Positions 41,660 to 50,843 of a stretch of DNA of 64,000 nucleotides are shown here, piece after piece; the stretch's first letter is position 1; each line of letters starts with the position of its first letter. Source of the DNA: an uncultured Bdellovibrio sp. Lineage in GTDB: Bacteria > Bdellovibrionota > Bdellovibrionia > Bdellovibrionales > Bdellovibrionaceae. The position numbers were made by a program, and so were the translations under genes. The DNA lies in contig CAWVRN010000004.1 of the NCBI GenBank assembly GCA_963932905.1, forward strand, positions 128,001 through 192,000, written 5' to 3'. A model generated the notes under the pieces. That model saw only the letters and a list, made by a program, of their open reading frames with translations, was not told where the DNA came from and did not search any database.

Positions 41660-42040
41660 CTATGCGGGACATTTATTAATTGGCTTTGGACGTCCAGGCC
41701 GAGGAAATCGATCTGGTTGTCTTGTTTTAGGAAGCCTCTCAATTTGTGTTGGGGGACCATTGATAAATTCATCCCATCTAAGCCTCCACTTTAAGGTGTA
41801 AGTCATTGGATCTTTAAAATAATCAACTAATTCCTCACCAATTAGAAGCCCGGTCCCAACAACTATAGGAACTATAATAAATGGATTCAGCCCACTCGGA
41901 TCTGTAAAGTTCACAGGATCGTTCCAAGTATAACCGTAGAGATTAGTATCAGCACCTTCAAACAAAATGGGATCCTAGCTCGTCCATCTCCCCGTCTCAG
42001 GATCATAATTCCTGGCACCAAAGCCTCTAACGGCCGTATC
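41660..42040 (-). pseudogene. Orphan RHS core end + tip, cassette 5 (in-frame TAG at 41975-41977)
   Basis: [36 protein letters not shown]...DPSG + tip. Confidence 0.85.
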
Positions 42041-42089
42041 ACAACACAATATTTTCAAACTCAAAAAAGAAAACGGCCGATCTCGGCCG
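42031..42089. repeat. Inter-cassette spacer D
   Basis: Junction CGGCCG, 37-bp gap, CGGCCG-N4-CGGCCG hairpin. Confidence 0.8.
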
Positions 42090-42135
42090 CTAAAAATAAT
42101 TTTGATACTAATTGCTTTAACTATTTTAAAAGAAA

Positions 42136-42558
42136 TTATTGGAGTCTATTTAAAACAAAAACAACTACCAAAGAAACAACAAAAACAAATCCAATAGCTA
42201 TAGCAACCAAAACAAAGGGATGTACTCCTAATCGATCTATCTTATATCCCTGATTGTTATAATTTCTAATTAAACCTACTAAACGCTCCCGGGCACTTTT
42301 TCCTCCAGCATTCCAGATATCATCACTTTGAGCCTGCACTATAAATTTTGTTTTATTTGGATATTTTACCCATGAGACCCGTACCTTAACACGCTGAAAA
42401 CCATACTTTACTACGCCCTCAAAAAAGTGTTCCTGCTCATTACTAATTTTTCCTAATTTCTGAAGGGCGGCCTTAGCTACTTGCAAACTTGTTGCAAAGT
42501 CTTGTTGAGTCTCCACTTCTCCATTTCCTAAATCTACAAAATCCATATTCATCCCCAT
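42136..42558 (-). CDS. Putative immunity protein (C-terminal TM), cassette 4
   Basis: Directly after the tip stop. Confidence 0.65.
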   Translation of the reverse strand: MGMNMDFVDLGNGEVETQQDFATSLQVAKAALQKLGKISNEQEHFFEGVVKYGFQRVKVRVSWVKYPNKTKFIVQAQSDDIWNAGGKSARERLVGLIRNYNNQGYKIDRLGVHPFVLVAIAIGFVFVVSLVVVFVLNRLQ

Positions 42559-42563
42559 TCAAA

Positions 42564-42944
42564 TTATTTGTCTAATATTTGATCGATGTTGCTTTTACCA
42601 TCATCAATGATAATAGGTAAAAGTACCTGACCCGCACCTATAGCAGCACCAAGCGCGGCACCCGCTATCATCCCTGGGCCAGAGCCAGCCGGCAAACACA
42701 TACCAACCGTCGCTCCAGTAACTCCGCCAATTACAGCCCCTTTAAACGCTCCTTTTCCTGCATCTAATATATCTCTAGAGGTTATTTTCCTCAACCCATC
42801 TGGATCAATAAAATTCACCGGGTCCTGTAGCACATACCCATACAAATTCGTATCCCCACCAGCAAACCCAATCGGATCCTTCGAAGTCCACCGTCCAACC
42901 TCAGGATCATAATCCCTGGCTCCGAAGCCCCTAACGGCCGTATC
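42564..42944 (-). pseudogene. Orphan RHS core end + glycine-zipper tip, cassette 4
   Basis: [24 protein letters not shown]...DPDG then GA..GA.IGG..GA..G zipper. Confidence 0.85.
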
Positions 42945-42994
42945 TCCTTAAGGAAAATCGAACTGGAAAATTAAAACGGCCGCTTTCGCGGCCG
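42935..42994. repeat. Inter-cassette spacer C
   Basis: Junction CGGCCG, 36-bp gap, CGGCCGC-TTTC-GCGGCCG hairpin with A/T flanks. Confidence 0.8.
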
Positions 42995-43055
42995 TTTTAA
43001 TTATTTATGCATCAACTATCTTAACTGACTCCGATAGACTAGAATTTAAATTGCA

Positions 43056-43346
43056 TTAGAATATTTCCTTTTCTAAGAATAAAAATAAGAGACTAACAGC
43101 AGTCGCACTAATCATTATTAGATAGCCTAAATAATACAATTTTTTCATTTCTGGAGTCATTTCTCTTGCTCCAAAACTTACCCAATTGCCTTTTTTGAGA
43201 ATCGAAATTTTAGCCCTGAAAAACAGTACAAAACCAACAATGAAAATCAGTGCTAACTGCACTCTAAAATTTAGTGAAAGCAAGGCGCCACAAATCAAAG
43301 GTCCATAAAAAATTGCTGCGTTAAATTTAGCTGACTGTGGGCCCAT
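43056..43346 (-). CDS. Putative immunity protein (3 TM), cassette 3
   Basis: AGGAG RBS directly after the tip stop. Confidence 0.7.
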   Translation of the reverse strand: MGPQSAKFNAAIFYGPLICGALLSLNFRVQLALIFIVGFVLFFRAKISILKKGNWVSFGAREMTPEMKKLYYLGYLIMISATAVSLLFLFLEKEIF

Positions 43347-43357
43347 ATTTTCTCCTT

Positions 43358-43780
43358 TTATATTCCTGGAACTGGGGGAACTGTATTACCCGGATTAACC
43401 ATGCCACATCGGTATCCAGCACCTGCGACGCCTTTCCAACCACCGTAGCTACTGATAAGCGAATAATTTTTATCGTACTCATCATATAAGGGATCATTTA
43501 ATTTATCTGCCTCGCATTTTCCCTTAGTAAGCTCATTGTACTTTATTTTAGTGTATAAGACAGCATTTCTGGCCGTCAATGCCGCAACCAAGGCATAATT
43601 ATTAATTGACCCAATAACCATACAAAGCTTTCCATCTGGGTCGATATTATTCACCGGATCCTGCAAAACATATCCATACAAATTCGTATCTCCACCCTCA
43701 AACAGTATGGGATCTTTCGAAGTCCACCGCCCCGTCTCAGGATCATAAGCCCTGACTCCAAAGCCACTAACGGCCGTATC
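43358..43780 (-). pseudogene. Orphan RHS core end + tip, cassette 3
   Basis: [24 protein letters not shown]...DPDG + tip. Confidence 0.85.
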
Positions 43781-43830
43781 TCATTCAGGAAAATCGAACC
43801 GCAAAATTAAAACGGCCGCGTTTGCGGCCG
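43771..43830. repeat. Inter-cassette spacer B
   Basis: Junction CGGCCG, 36-bp gap, CGGCCGC-GTTT-GCGGCCG hairpin. Confidence 0.8.
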
Positions 43831-43872
43831 GAGAACTACTTAGGTATCAACTATCTTGATTGGCTCCGTGGC

Positions 43873-44049
43873 CTAGTTTTGTTTCTCAATAGCTGGTGCT
43901 ATTTTAATCTTATCTCTTAGCTCTCTTTCTGTTTTATCTGTCCTATTAAAATAAAAAGCTTTAAGTAATGCGAAAAAGAAAACCAGCAGGCAGAATATCC
44001 ATATCCACAATCGTTCATTTTTTTTAAAACTATTTAAAAGCCTTCTCAA
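43873..44049 (-). CDS. 58-aa single-TM putative immunity protein, cassette 2
   Basis: Manual: [61 protein letters not shown] overlaps the tip TGA; GGAG RBS. Confidence 0.6.
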   Translation of the reverse strand: MRRLLNSFKKNERLWIWIFCLLVFFFALLKAFYFNRTDKTERELRDKIKIAPAIEKQN

Positions 44050-44444
44050 GAATTCTCTCCCCCATGATAGCTGTTAGGATACCCTTTTGGCGGTCTAAGT
44101 CTATGCCATTTAGGCATCGGAGTAGATTTTATTTTTTTAGGAACAGGACAGGTTCCAAAGTTTCTCGAATCGTTCTCTATTTCGTTAAACTCACCTTCGC
44201 CAAAATTATCTCCCAAAATTGTTCCAATGTAGTCTCCTAAAAAATATATTCCAGGTAAGATAATAGGTGCCAATATCGGCCCAACGGCTGCTTTCCCCTC
44301 AGGATCAATTAAATTCACCGGATCCTGCAACACATATCCATACAAATTAGTATCACCGCCATTAAATAAAATAGGATCTTTCGAAGTCCATCGACCAGTC
44401 TCAGGATCATAATCACGGCCGCCGAAGCCCCTAAGGGCCGTATC
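44046..44444 (-). pseudogene. Orphan RHS core end + tip, cassette 2
   Basis: [24 protein letters not shown]...DPEG + tip. Confidence 0.85.
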
Positions 44445-44497
44445 CCGATACAACAATTCCAAAACTCACAAAATAAAAACGGCCGTTTTCGGCCGTT
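44435..44497. repeat. Inter-cassette spacer A
   Basis: Junction GGGCCG, 39-bp gap, AACGGCCG-TTTT-CGGCCGTT hairpin. Confidence 0.8.
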
Positions 44498-44560
44498 AAA
44501 AATAATATTCGAAATCAACAATTACTTTTATATTCTTGGGCCACGAAAACTCACTAAAAA

Positions 44561-45034
44561 CTAATTCTTAAAATTTATATTTTCAAAAACTGAAGTTAGC
44601 TGATGCTTTTCCAGTTCGCCCTTGTCTTTTTCATCGGCAACAAATTGCATTTTCTTCGCTTCTTCGAATAATGGTTGAATCTTCTCCAACTGATTTGGCG
44701 AATTGTTTCGCTGATTCTCTCTGGCGACCTCTATACCTTCGTAAAACAGCCACACTTCAATAGTAGGAATTTCTTTTTGAGGTACAGTTTTGTAAATTTG
44801 CTTCGCCTTTTCTATATCCTGCTTGACGCAAAGGCCTCTGGCGTAGAAAGACGCAAACAAATATGCTGCCTCATTGGAAAGATAGACAGCACGTTTAGTA
44901 TTTTCGAAACTTTCGCAATACTCACCGTCTTCAAACTCATGCCTGCCTTTTTCTTCAAAATGAGAATACGTAAGTCTATAAACTACGAATAAGCTAAAAA
45001 GCGAAATTACAGTGCCTATTATAATTTTTATCAT
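44561..45034 (-). CDS. Putative immunity protein with Sel1-like repeat, cassette 1
   Basis: N-terminal TM; A.Y..A.FY..G.CVKQD.EKA; overlaps the RHS stop. Confidence 0.7.
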   Translation of the reverse strand: MIKIIIGTVISLFSLFVVYRLTYSHFEEKGRHEFEDGEYCESFENTKRAVYLSNEAAYLFASFYARGLCVKQDIEKAKQIYKTVPQKEIPTIEVWLFYEGIEVARENQRNNSPNQLEKIQPLFEEAKKMQFVADEKDKGELEKHQLTSVFENINFKN

Positions 45035-46683
45035 TATAGTCCTACCTCAATTGTATTATTTCCGTCCTCTGCACCCAACAGATTATTTATATTACTTAAA
45101 TCTGTTTCTGATGAGTTTGGATCTCCTGTTATGCAACCATTGGAGCCACCTTTCCTCAAGTGTAATAAAAAGTCTCCACCGTTTTGTCCTAGTTTAAATC
45201 CAATTCTAGAAAATAATCCAGGATCTAAAAACCAATCTCCAGTCTTTAAGCCTGGTAGCTTCCTAATATCATAAGTGCCTATTGGGATTGGACCTAAAGG
45301 AGAACCAGTTGCAGATGGTTTATTTTTAAAGGTTCCGGCGCCACTAAACATCTGCGACATGTAAGAAGTAGCACCATCATTACTAGTACAATTTAGTTTA
45401 CCACTAGTAATTGAGTAGCTACATTTCGCCAACCCCATCGGATCAATATAACTCATCGGGTCCCCGCCGACATACGCATACAAATTCGTATCCCCACCCT
45501 CAAACAAAATCGGATCTTTACTCGTCCATCTCCCCGTCTCAGGATCATAATCCCTCGCCCCAAACCGAACCAATTTCGTGCTCCAATCGGCTAGCCCCCC
45601 GGCAAAGCCAATTGCCAGCTCGCCGCTTCGATTGTCTTGTAAAACTTTTCCAAATTCATCGTATTCAATTCTTTGAATTATGGATCCGTCACTGCCCTTT
45701 ACTACCATCACCGGGCTGCCCAATAAATCTGTAACTATTTTGTAATTTACGCCGGCTTCTATATAGTAATCAGGCGCATGGGATTTCGTTGCGTAAACGT
45801 ATCTTCGTTTTAAACTTCCGTCGGCATTTAGTTCGGCAACTAAACGACTCTGTTCCCATAAATAGCGTCTAACAACCACCCCGTTTATCTTGCGACTGAC
45901 TCTTCTGTTTAGTCCATCAATATCGTAGTTGATTAACGTTCCATTTTCTAACTTGACTTGAGTTAAATTCCCGAGCGTATCATAGACGTAACTGGCCGTT
46001 TGATTGAGCACCGTATTTGTTTTGCTTTGTAGCTCTCCGTCCGCGTTATAGGCAAAGGTGCTAGATCCAAAGCTAGACAGACGATCTTGCGTGTCATATG
46101 CCGCTGCCGTCGTGCTGGGTGGGCTTGCGATCTGTGCAGAGGTTCTATTCCCGTTATCATCATAGGTATATTTTCTGATCCACACCGATGATAAATATTG
46201 GATTTCCTTTAGGCGGCCGCGATTATCATAAATATATTTATAGGCTTTAGTTGGCCAACCGCTGACTGTGTAGGATCGAGTCAAAATACGTCCCAGATTA
46301 TCGCGCGTCAGGGTTTCGCTATACAGATTGGCGCTTCCGCTTACAACTGTCCGCCCAGTGATTTCTGCAAAATTATTTGTCGTAATGTTTTCATCAATCA
46401 AACCAAGCGTGGTCTTGTTCAATATTCCATTCGGAGCAGATGAATAAAATAAGTTTAAACTTCCGGCTTGGGTCAGTTGTTCATCATCGTTATAGACATA
46501 AGGCAGAGTTTCAATTGCCCCCGCGCCCACCTTTAATTCAAAGCTAGATAGTTTTCCTTCTGATGCAAAATACTTTTTACTATAAGCCGTGACACTGCCG
46601 TGCTCAAACGACTCTTTACTGACATAGTCTCCTAAATACTCATACCTTGTTACAATACCACTTGGTCCGGTGACACTAGATAT
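45034..46683 (-). pseudogene. 5'-truncated RHS/YD-repeat protein with Tlde1 (DUF2778)-like tip
   Basis: YD repeats, [14 protein letters not shown]...DPMG, tip FSG..GPIP.G.Y...LH...SNGCIT; frame stays RHS-like to ~46683 with no proper start. Confidence 0.85.
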
Positions 46684-46979
46684 TCAAGGAGCCAGTTCTT
46701 ATTCAATTCAATACCTGTTTTTTTGAAGAAAATCAGAGGCGATGATAAACTCTATTTACGAAAACTTCGATCATTGCTTTATTTGTAGAAACTTAAACTC
46801 GATCTGACACTTCCCACAAGTGGTTTCGATTTTATCAGACAACCGGAAAGAATGGCCAATATTTACAACATATTCGACTGTCAATTTCTGGAGGTTCTTT
46901 CCAGTAAACTTGGGTCATAAAGTCTTTAAATTCATAATCGAGAAGTCTAACATTAGAAGATTTATGGAGACGCCAATCA

Positions 46980-48170
46980 TCAGAAATTGTTGGTGGCGCC
47001 AGCATCCTTTCTCTCTCCTGGTTTGCCCGGGCTCTCATCCTGAAACAGAGTTGTATATCGTTTACGAATCCCCAAGTTGTATCCAAACCTGAGTCCAACA
47101 CGCAGATTGTTATACGCTGAAAGGTCCTTTACTTGGTCCCGAATTGTCTGAAAAGCGAGACCGTATAACGGCTTCAAATCCTCTCTCGTCTGATTAAGGG
47201 AGCCTCCCACAAAGGTCTGTACAATAATTGATCTAGTAGTGTTTGAGTTATTAGAAAACGTGTTGTCCGTCACGCTCGTTAGGTTAAATTTTCCAGTGGA
47301 TTCCATCTTGTTCCGAATATCTAACAAAGTTGCGATATCTGGATTCCTTTTGACCGCTGTAAAGCTCCATAGTCCTACTAGTATAATAACTGCGGAAACA
47401 GCTCCAGCAATGGCTATTGCCTTTTTTGTTTTCGCTGGATCGTCTAAAGAGGCCAAGGCCGTTGCATTAAATCGATCATGGTACACAACAATCGAGTTAG
47501 CTATGAGATCGTGGAGTCCGCGCTTCAGCGGGTGTAGCGGCAAAAACAAATAGCAGCCAACAACTCCAATGAACCACATCGTACCAATAATGGAATCGGC
47601 CGTCGTAGAAAGCTCTGAGCCCACTAACAAATTGACGACGCCAGAAAAGACGCCGATGTATCCAACGAAGGCGATGATCAGATATCTCAAGAAAGATTTA
47701 ACCAGAGAAAGGGGTTCGCCATTCATATTCAAAACCTGAATACCCAAAATTCGCTTACCGAGGCTTTGGCCGTTACCGAAGCTACTTTGCGAAGGTACAA
47801 AATATGCGATTGATACTAGTAGCCCAAGCCACACGCCATGCTCGCCCAGCTTCACAAACAAGTCCTCCAGTCCAAAACTGAGCACCATCGCGAAAGTCCA
47901 GAGAATTGCTAAATCGATGACATCGGCAACGACTCTTATCCAAAACCCAACAACCAGTTTTGGCACCTGGCTTTCCACAGGCGGAGTTATTTGAACTTCG
48001 TTCCACAACCCTTTTTCCTTCCGTGTCTTAATTTCAACTAGGCACGCTTCATAGTTTGCTGGGAACTTATCTTTATTTATTCTACCCAAAGAGGCAATAA
48101 GTTCGCCTTGAGGTAACGTCGAGAAGTCTATAGTGCTACTAGTTTTTTCGTCCGTCAATTTCTCTCCCAT
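46980..48170 (-). CDS. RDD-family membrane protein
   Basis: GFWIRVVADVID, GQSLGKRILGIQV, RGLHDLIANS.VV. Confidence 0.85.
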   Translation of the reverse strand: MGEKLTDEKTSSTIDFSTLPQGELIASLGRINKDKFPANYEACLVEIKTRKEKGLWNEVQITPPVESQVPKLVVGFWIRVVADVIDLAILWTFAMVLSFGLEDLFVKLGEHGVWLGLLVSIAYFVPSQSSFGNGQSLGKRILGIQVLNMNGEPLSLVKSFLRYLIIAFVGYIGVFSGVVNLLVGSELSTTADSIIGTMWFIGVVGCYLFLPLHPLKRGLHDLIANSIVVYHDRFNATALASLDDPAKTKKAIAIAGAVSAVIILVGLWSFTAVKRNPDIATLLDIRNKMESTGKFNLTSVTDNTFSNNSNTTRSIIVQTFVGGSLNQTREDLKPLYGLAFQTIRDQVKDLSAYNNLRVGLRFGYNLGIRKRYTTLFQDESPGKPGERKDAGATNNF

Positions 48171-48328
48171 ATCAATGCCAGTTTGGCGACAGCATTAACA
48201 TAAATTACAAAAACGCTCAACGTCGAATTGAGTTCGAGCGTATCGACTGACGTAATATTAATGATCAGTTCCTAAGCGAAAGAACTACAAACTCACTTTT
48301 ACTGGAATATGTGCCTTATTCTTTCTAT

Positions 48329-48355
48329 AAGTGTCCAACTTAAAGGATATCAACA
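48329..48355. mobile_element. Possible solitary IS3-family end
   Basis: Reverse complement TGTTGATATCCTTTAAGTTGGACACTT fits the TG...GGACA pattern of IS3-family IRs. Confidence 0.3.
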
Positions 48356-48480
48356 ATTCGGCCTTTATAGCACCCGTCCTCGAGTGGATTCCATGTTATA
48401 CAGGTGCCTTGGCTCAAGACGAGGGGTGCAACCTTACCCATATCGGGGACAGTATCCACCCCCCGGTGCTTTATAAAAAA

Positions 48481-49302
48481 TTAATCTCTGGCGATCAAAG
48501 CGTTTGCTAGTAATTTAGCGGCCTTCTTTGCGGTTTCTACGTTCGGGTGGATACCGTCACCAATATGGGTGAAGTTTTTCCATACGTCCACCTGGATAGC
48601 GTTAGGAAGTTCACTTTGGATTCTGTTTTTATATCGATTTCTTAATTTGTTGTAAGACGTCTGATCGATAACCCATGGAAGGCCAAATGTGTTTTTGAAA
48701 TGATTTAAATCTAGGTCATTGTATTTTGGGTAATTATCAAAAACAGGCGTCAGCCCCATAGAAATCACCGATTGTCCCACCGCGATCATGCGATCAATCG
48801 ACTCGTCGATTTGTTGTAGCGTGCAGGGAGTCGTTAGACTCTGCGGCTGATCAAAGGCACCGGCATGGAGACAATCATTTGGAATGGTAATTACAACATA
48901 CTTTGCACCGAACGAAGAAAAGGTAGGCGGAGCTAGAACACGTGGCAACGCTTTGTTAAACATCGTCAAATAGCTGTCCCAACCCGGTGACTGGCAAGTC
49001 GTTGCATTGCAGTCTTGACGAGCAAACGATGTTGCACCGGCTTGACCTTCATTCACTACAAATCCCGGAAGAGATTTTTCTCGAACAAGTGCATCCCCTA
49101 AGCTCAGGTAGGCGCTACCATTTACAGCTGTGCCTCCCAATGGAGCCGATGCGCCCGTATACGGAGTCTTTGCGCTCGCATAGGAAGCCCCAATCACTAT
49201 CAAAGGTTTTTGTGAATCCACCACGGCATCAGCAGTTACGGGTAGTAGTCCGAGCGTTAGCCCCAGTAAAGCGTATTTATTGAAAATTCTATTTTTTAAC
49301 AT
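48481..49302 (-). CDS. Secreted SGNH/GDSL hydrolase
   Basis: Signal peptide, IGASYA, GQAGATS, ND, DGIHP. Confidence 0.8.
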   Translation of the reverse strand: MLKNRIFNKYALLGLTLGLLPVTADAVVDSQKPLIVIGASYASAKTPYTGASAPLGGTAVNGSAYLSLGDALVREKSLPGFVVNEGQAGATSFARQDCNATTCQSPGWDSYLTMFNKALPRVLAPPTFSSFGAKYVVITIPNDCLHAGAFDQPQSLTTPCTLQQIDESIDRMIAVGQSVISMGLTPVFDNYPKYNDLDLNHFKNTFGLPWVIDQTSYNKLRNRYKNRIQSELPNAIQVDVWKNFTHIGDGIHPNVETAKKAAKLLANALIARD

Positions 49303-49814
49303 ATGTATTTTCTCCTTGTTTCACATGATAAGGAAATTCATTATTAAAAATCACTTGATTAATTTGATTGATTCAATAACTAGGCATTAGACCTCGGCAA
49401 GCTCCCAATTTTTGCATCATATTAGGACTTCTGAACAGCGGATGTTTGTTTTGATTTTGCTAAATTCTAAAAAAGCACAAAAAACGTTTAAACAACATAA
49501 TCCAATCCGACGCTGATAAGTATGTTCAAGATTCAGTCGGAATGTGGCTCAGATTCGTAGAGTACAGGGACGCCCCATTCGCAGACCTACAAAAACAGAA
49601 CTGAGCGAGGAAATCGGAAAAAAATATTTACCTGATGATTCAGAAACATTAAAGAATGCCTACTATACAACTGTCTTTATGAATAACGAAGTTAAGGAAG
49701 TCATCAAAGTTATGGCTGGAAATCCATTATAAAAATTTCGCTACTTTCATAAAAGTAAATATGAAATTTATCTTAACCTATGCAATATTTAGCTTCAGTG
49801 GAGGATTAAATTTT

Positions 49815-50312
49815 ATGGTAACTGTATCGCCAAAGCATCATCTAAGATGGGTTCAAACACGAAGAAATCTTTTAAAAAAGCAATTCACAAAAGTGGTAGC
49901 CACCAAACTAAAAAAATCGATTGAGACTGGTGACTCCCATATAAAAAAACATCCAAAGTCCAAATGGACTCCCGCCACAAAGTCATATGTTAGTGGCCTG
50001 GAAAAACCAACGGTAATTAAAACTGATTTAATAAAAGACTTTAACTTAGCAGAGCTAGTGGTCATGTCCCCAAATGAAACCACATTAAGTATCGCTTTCT
50101 TTGCGCCAATGGGAGATCCCTTATTAATTTGCGATTTTGAGAAAAATAAACTGACGTGGAAAAAATTTGCTGTCTCGGAAAAATCAAAAAAAGAAAATCA
50201 AGTCACCTACCTTAAAAAATTATCAGTGGGGTTAAAACGTCAAATGGGATTGACTCCACCCAAAAAAACAGTAAATCAAAAAAATCTCCGCTTAAAGAAG
50301 CGTAAAAAATAG
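49815..50312 (+). CDS. Basic hypothetical protein
   Basis: ORF; ATG 49815 after GGAGG. Confidence 0.45.
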   Translation: MVTVSPKHHLRWVQTRRNLLKKQFTKVVATKLKKSIETGDSHIKKHPKSKWTPATKSYVSGLEKPTVIKTDLIKDFNLAELVVMSPNETTLSIAFFAPMGDPLLICDFEKNKLTWKKFAVSEKSKKENQVTYLKKLSVGLKRQMGLTPPKKTVNQKNLRLKKRKK

Positions 50313-50340
50313 CGTCAAATTATCGATGACAATAATTTAA

Positions 50341-50599
50341 GAACTGGCTCCTTAGCTTGCGGCTAAGAAGCTAAATTCTATTGGAAAGACAGTTGTTTAG
50401 TTGAAATTTAAAAGCGCTGTCTTGAAACAGTTTTTCAAAAAAAAAATTATTATCCGAATTAACTCGTAATACATTCGAGTTTCGATTCCTCAATAAAGCG
50501 AGCGTGTTGAATCTTTCTGGATTTCAGATAGCACGTTTTAAATTCACTTGATTTGACGATATCTTACTTGCCCTTAGCCGCAGGCTAAGGGGCCAGTTC
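50341..50599. repeat. Inverted pair of 27-bp REP-like palindromic units
   Basis: GAACTGGCTCCTTAGCTTGCGGCTAAG (50341-50367) and CTTAGCCGCAGGCTAAGGGGCCAGTTC (50573-50599). Confidence 0.7.
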
Positions 50600-50843
50600 A
50601 AAGAGATTTAGCTGCAATGGATTCGTTCGTTCAAAACCTGAAAAAACATCCTCGGCAACTCAAATGCACAACGCAAGTTTCAGAAATCGGTGAAATTCAT
50701 TGCCAAAGACCCATTCCAATCACACAATTTTTACGACAACCCATGAACCTAGATGCTGGGATTTAAGAATTCGGCCTTTATACCGCCTATCCTCCCCTGC
50801 ATCACATTTCCTGCCTACTGTGCAGATTGAAGGACCTCAGATC

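Larger units (their letters stand above)
46686..50353. mobile_element. Segment bracketed by a perfect 16-bp inverted repeat
   Basis: AAGGAGCCAGTTCTTA (46686-46701) and TAAGAACTGGCTCCTT (50338-50353); left copy coincides with the RHS truncation; no transposase inside. Confidence 0.45.

Noticed and set aside
41385..44520. Canonical integron with attC sites
   Set aside because: A GTTAGRG core is present, but no conserved RYYYAAC inverse core or L boxes, and the recombinase fragments show no IntI-specific insertion; kept only as integron-like
41385..44520. CRISPR array
   Set aside because: Repeats are 600-900 bp apart, separated by genes, and no cas genes are present
37585..45560. Diversity-generating retroelement (repeated ~130-bp near-identical segments)
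   Set aside because: The repeats are RHS core ends with mostly synonymous differences, and there is no reverse transcriptase in the window
49544..49732. 62-aa ORF
   Set aside because: No RBS or recognisable motif; may be a gene remnant but cannot be supported
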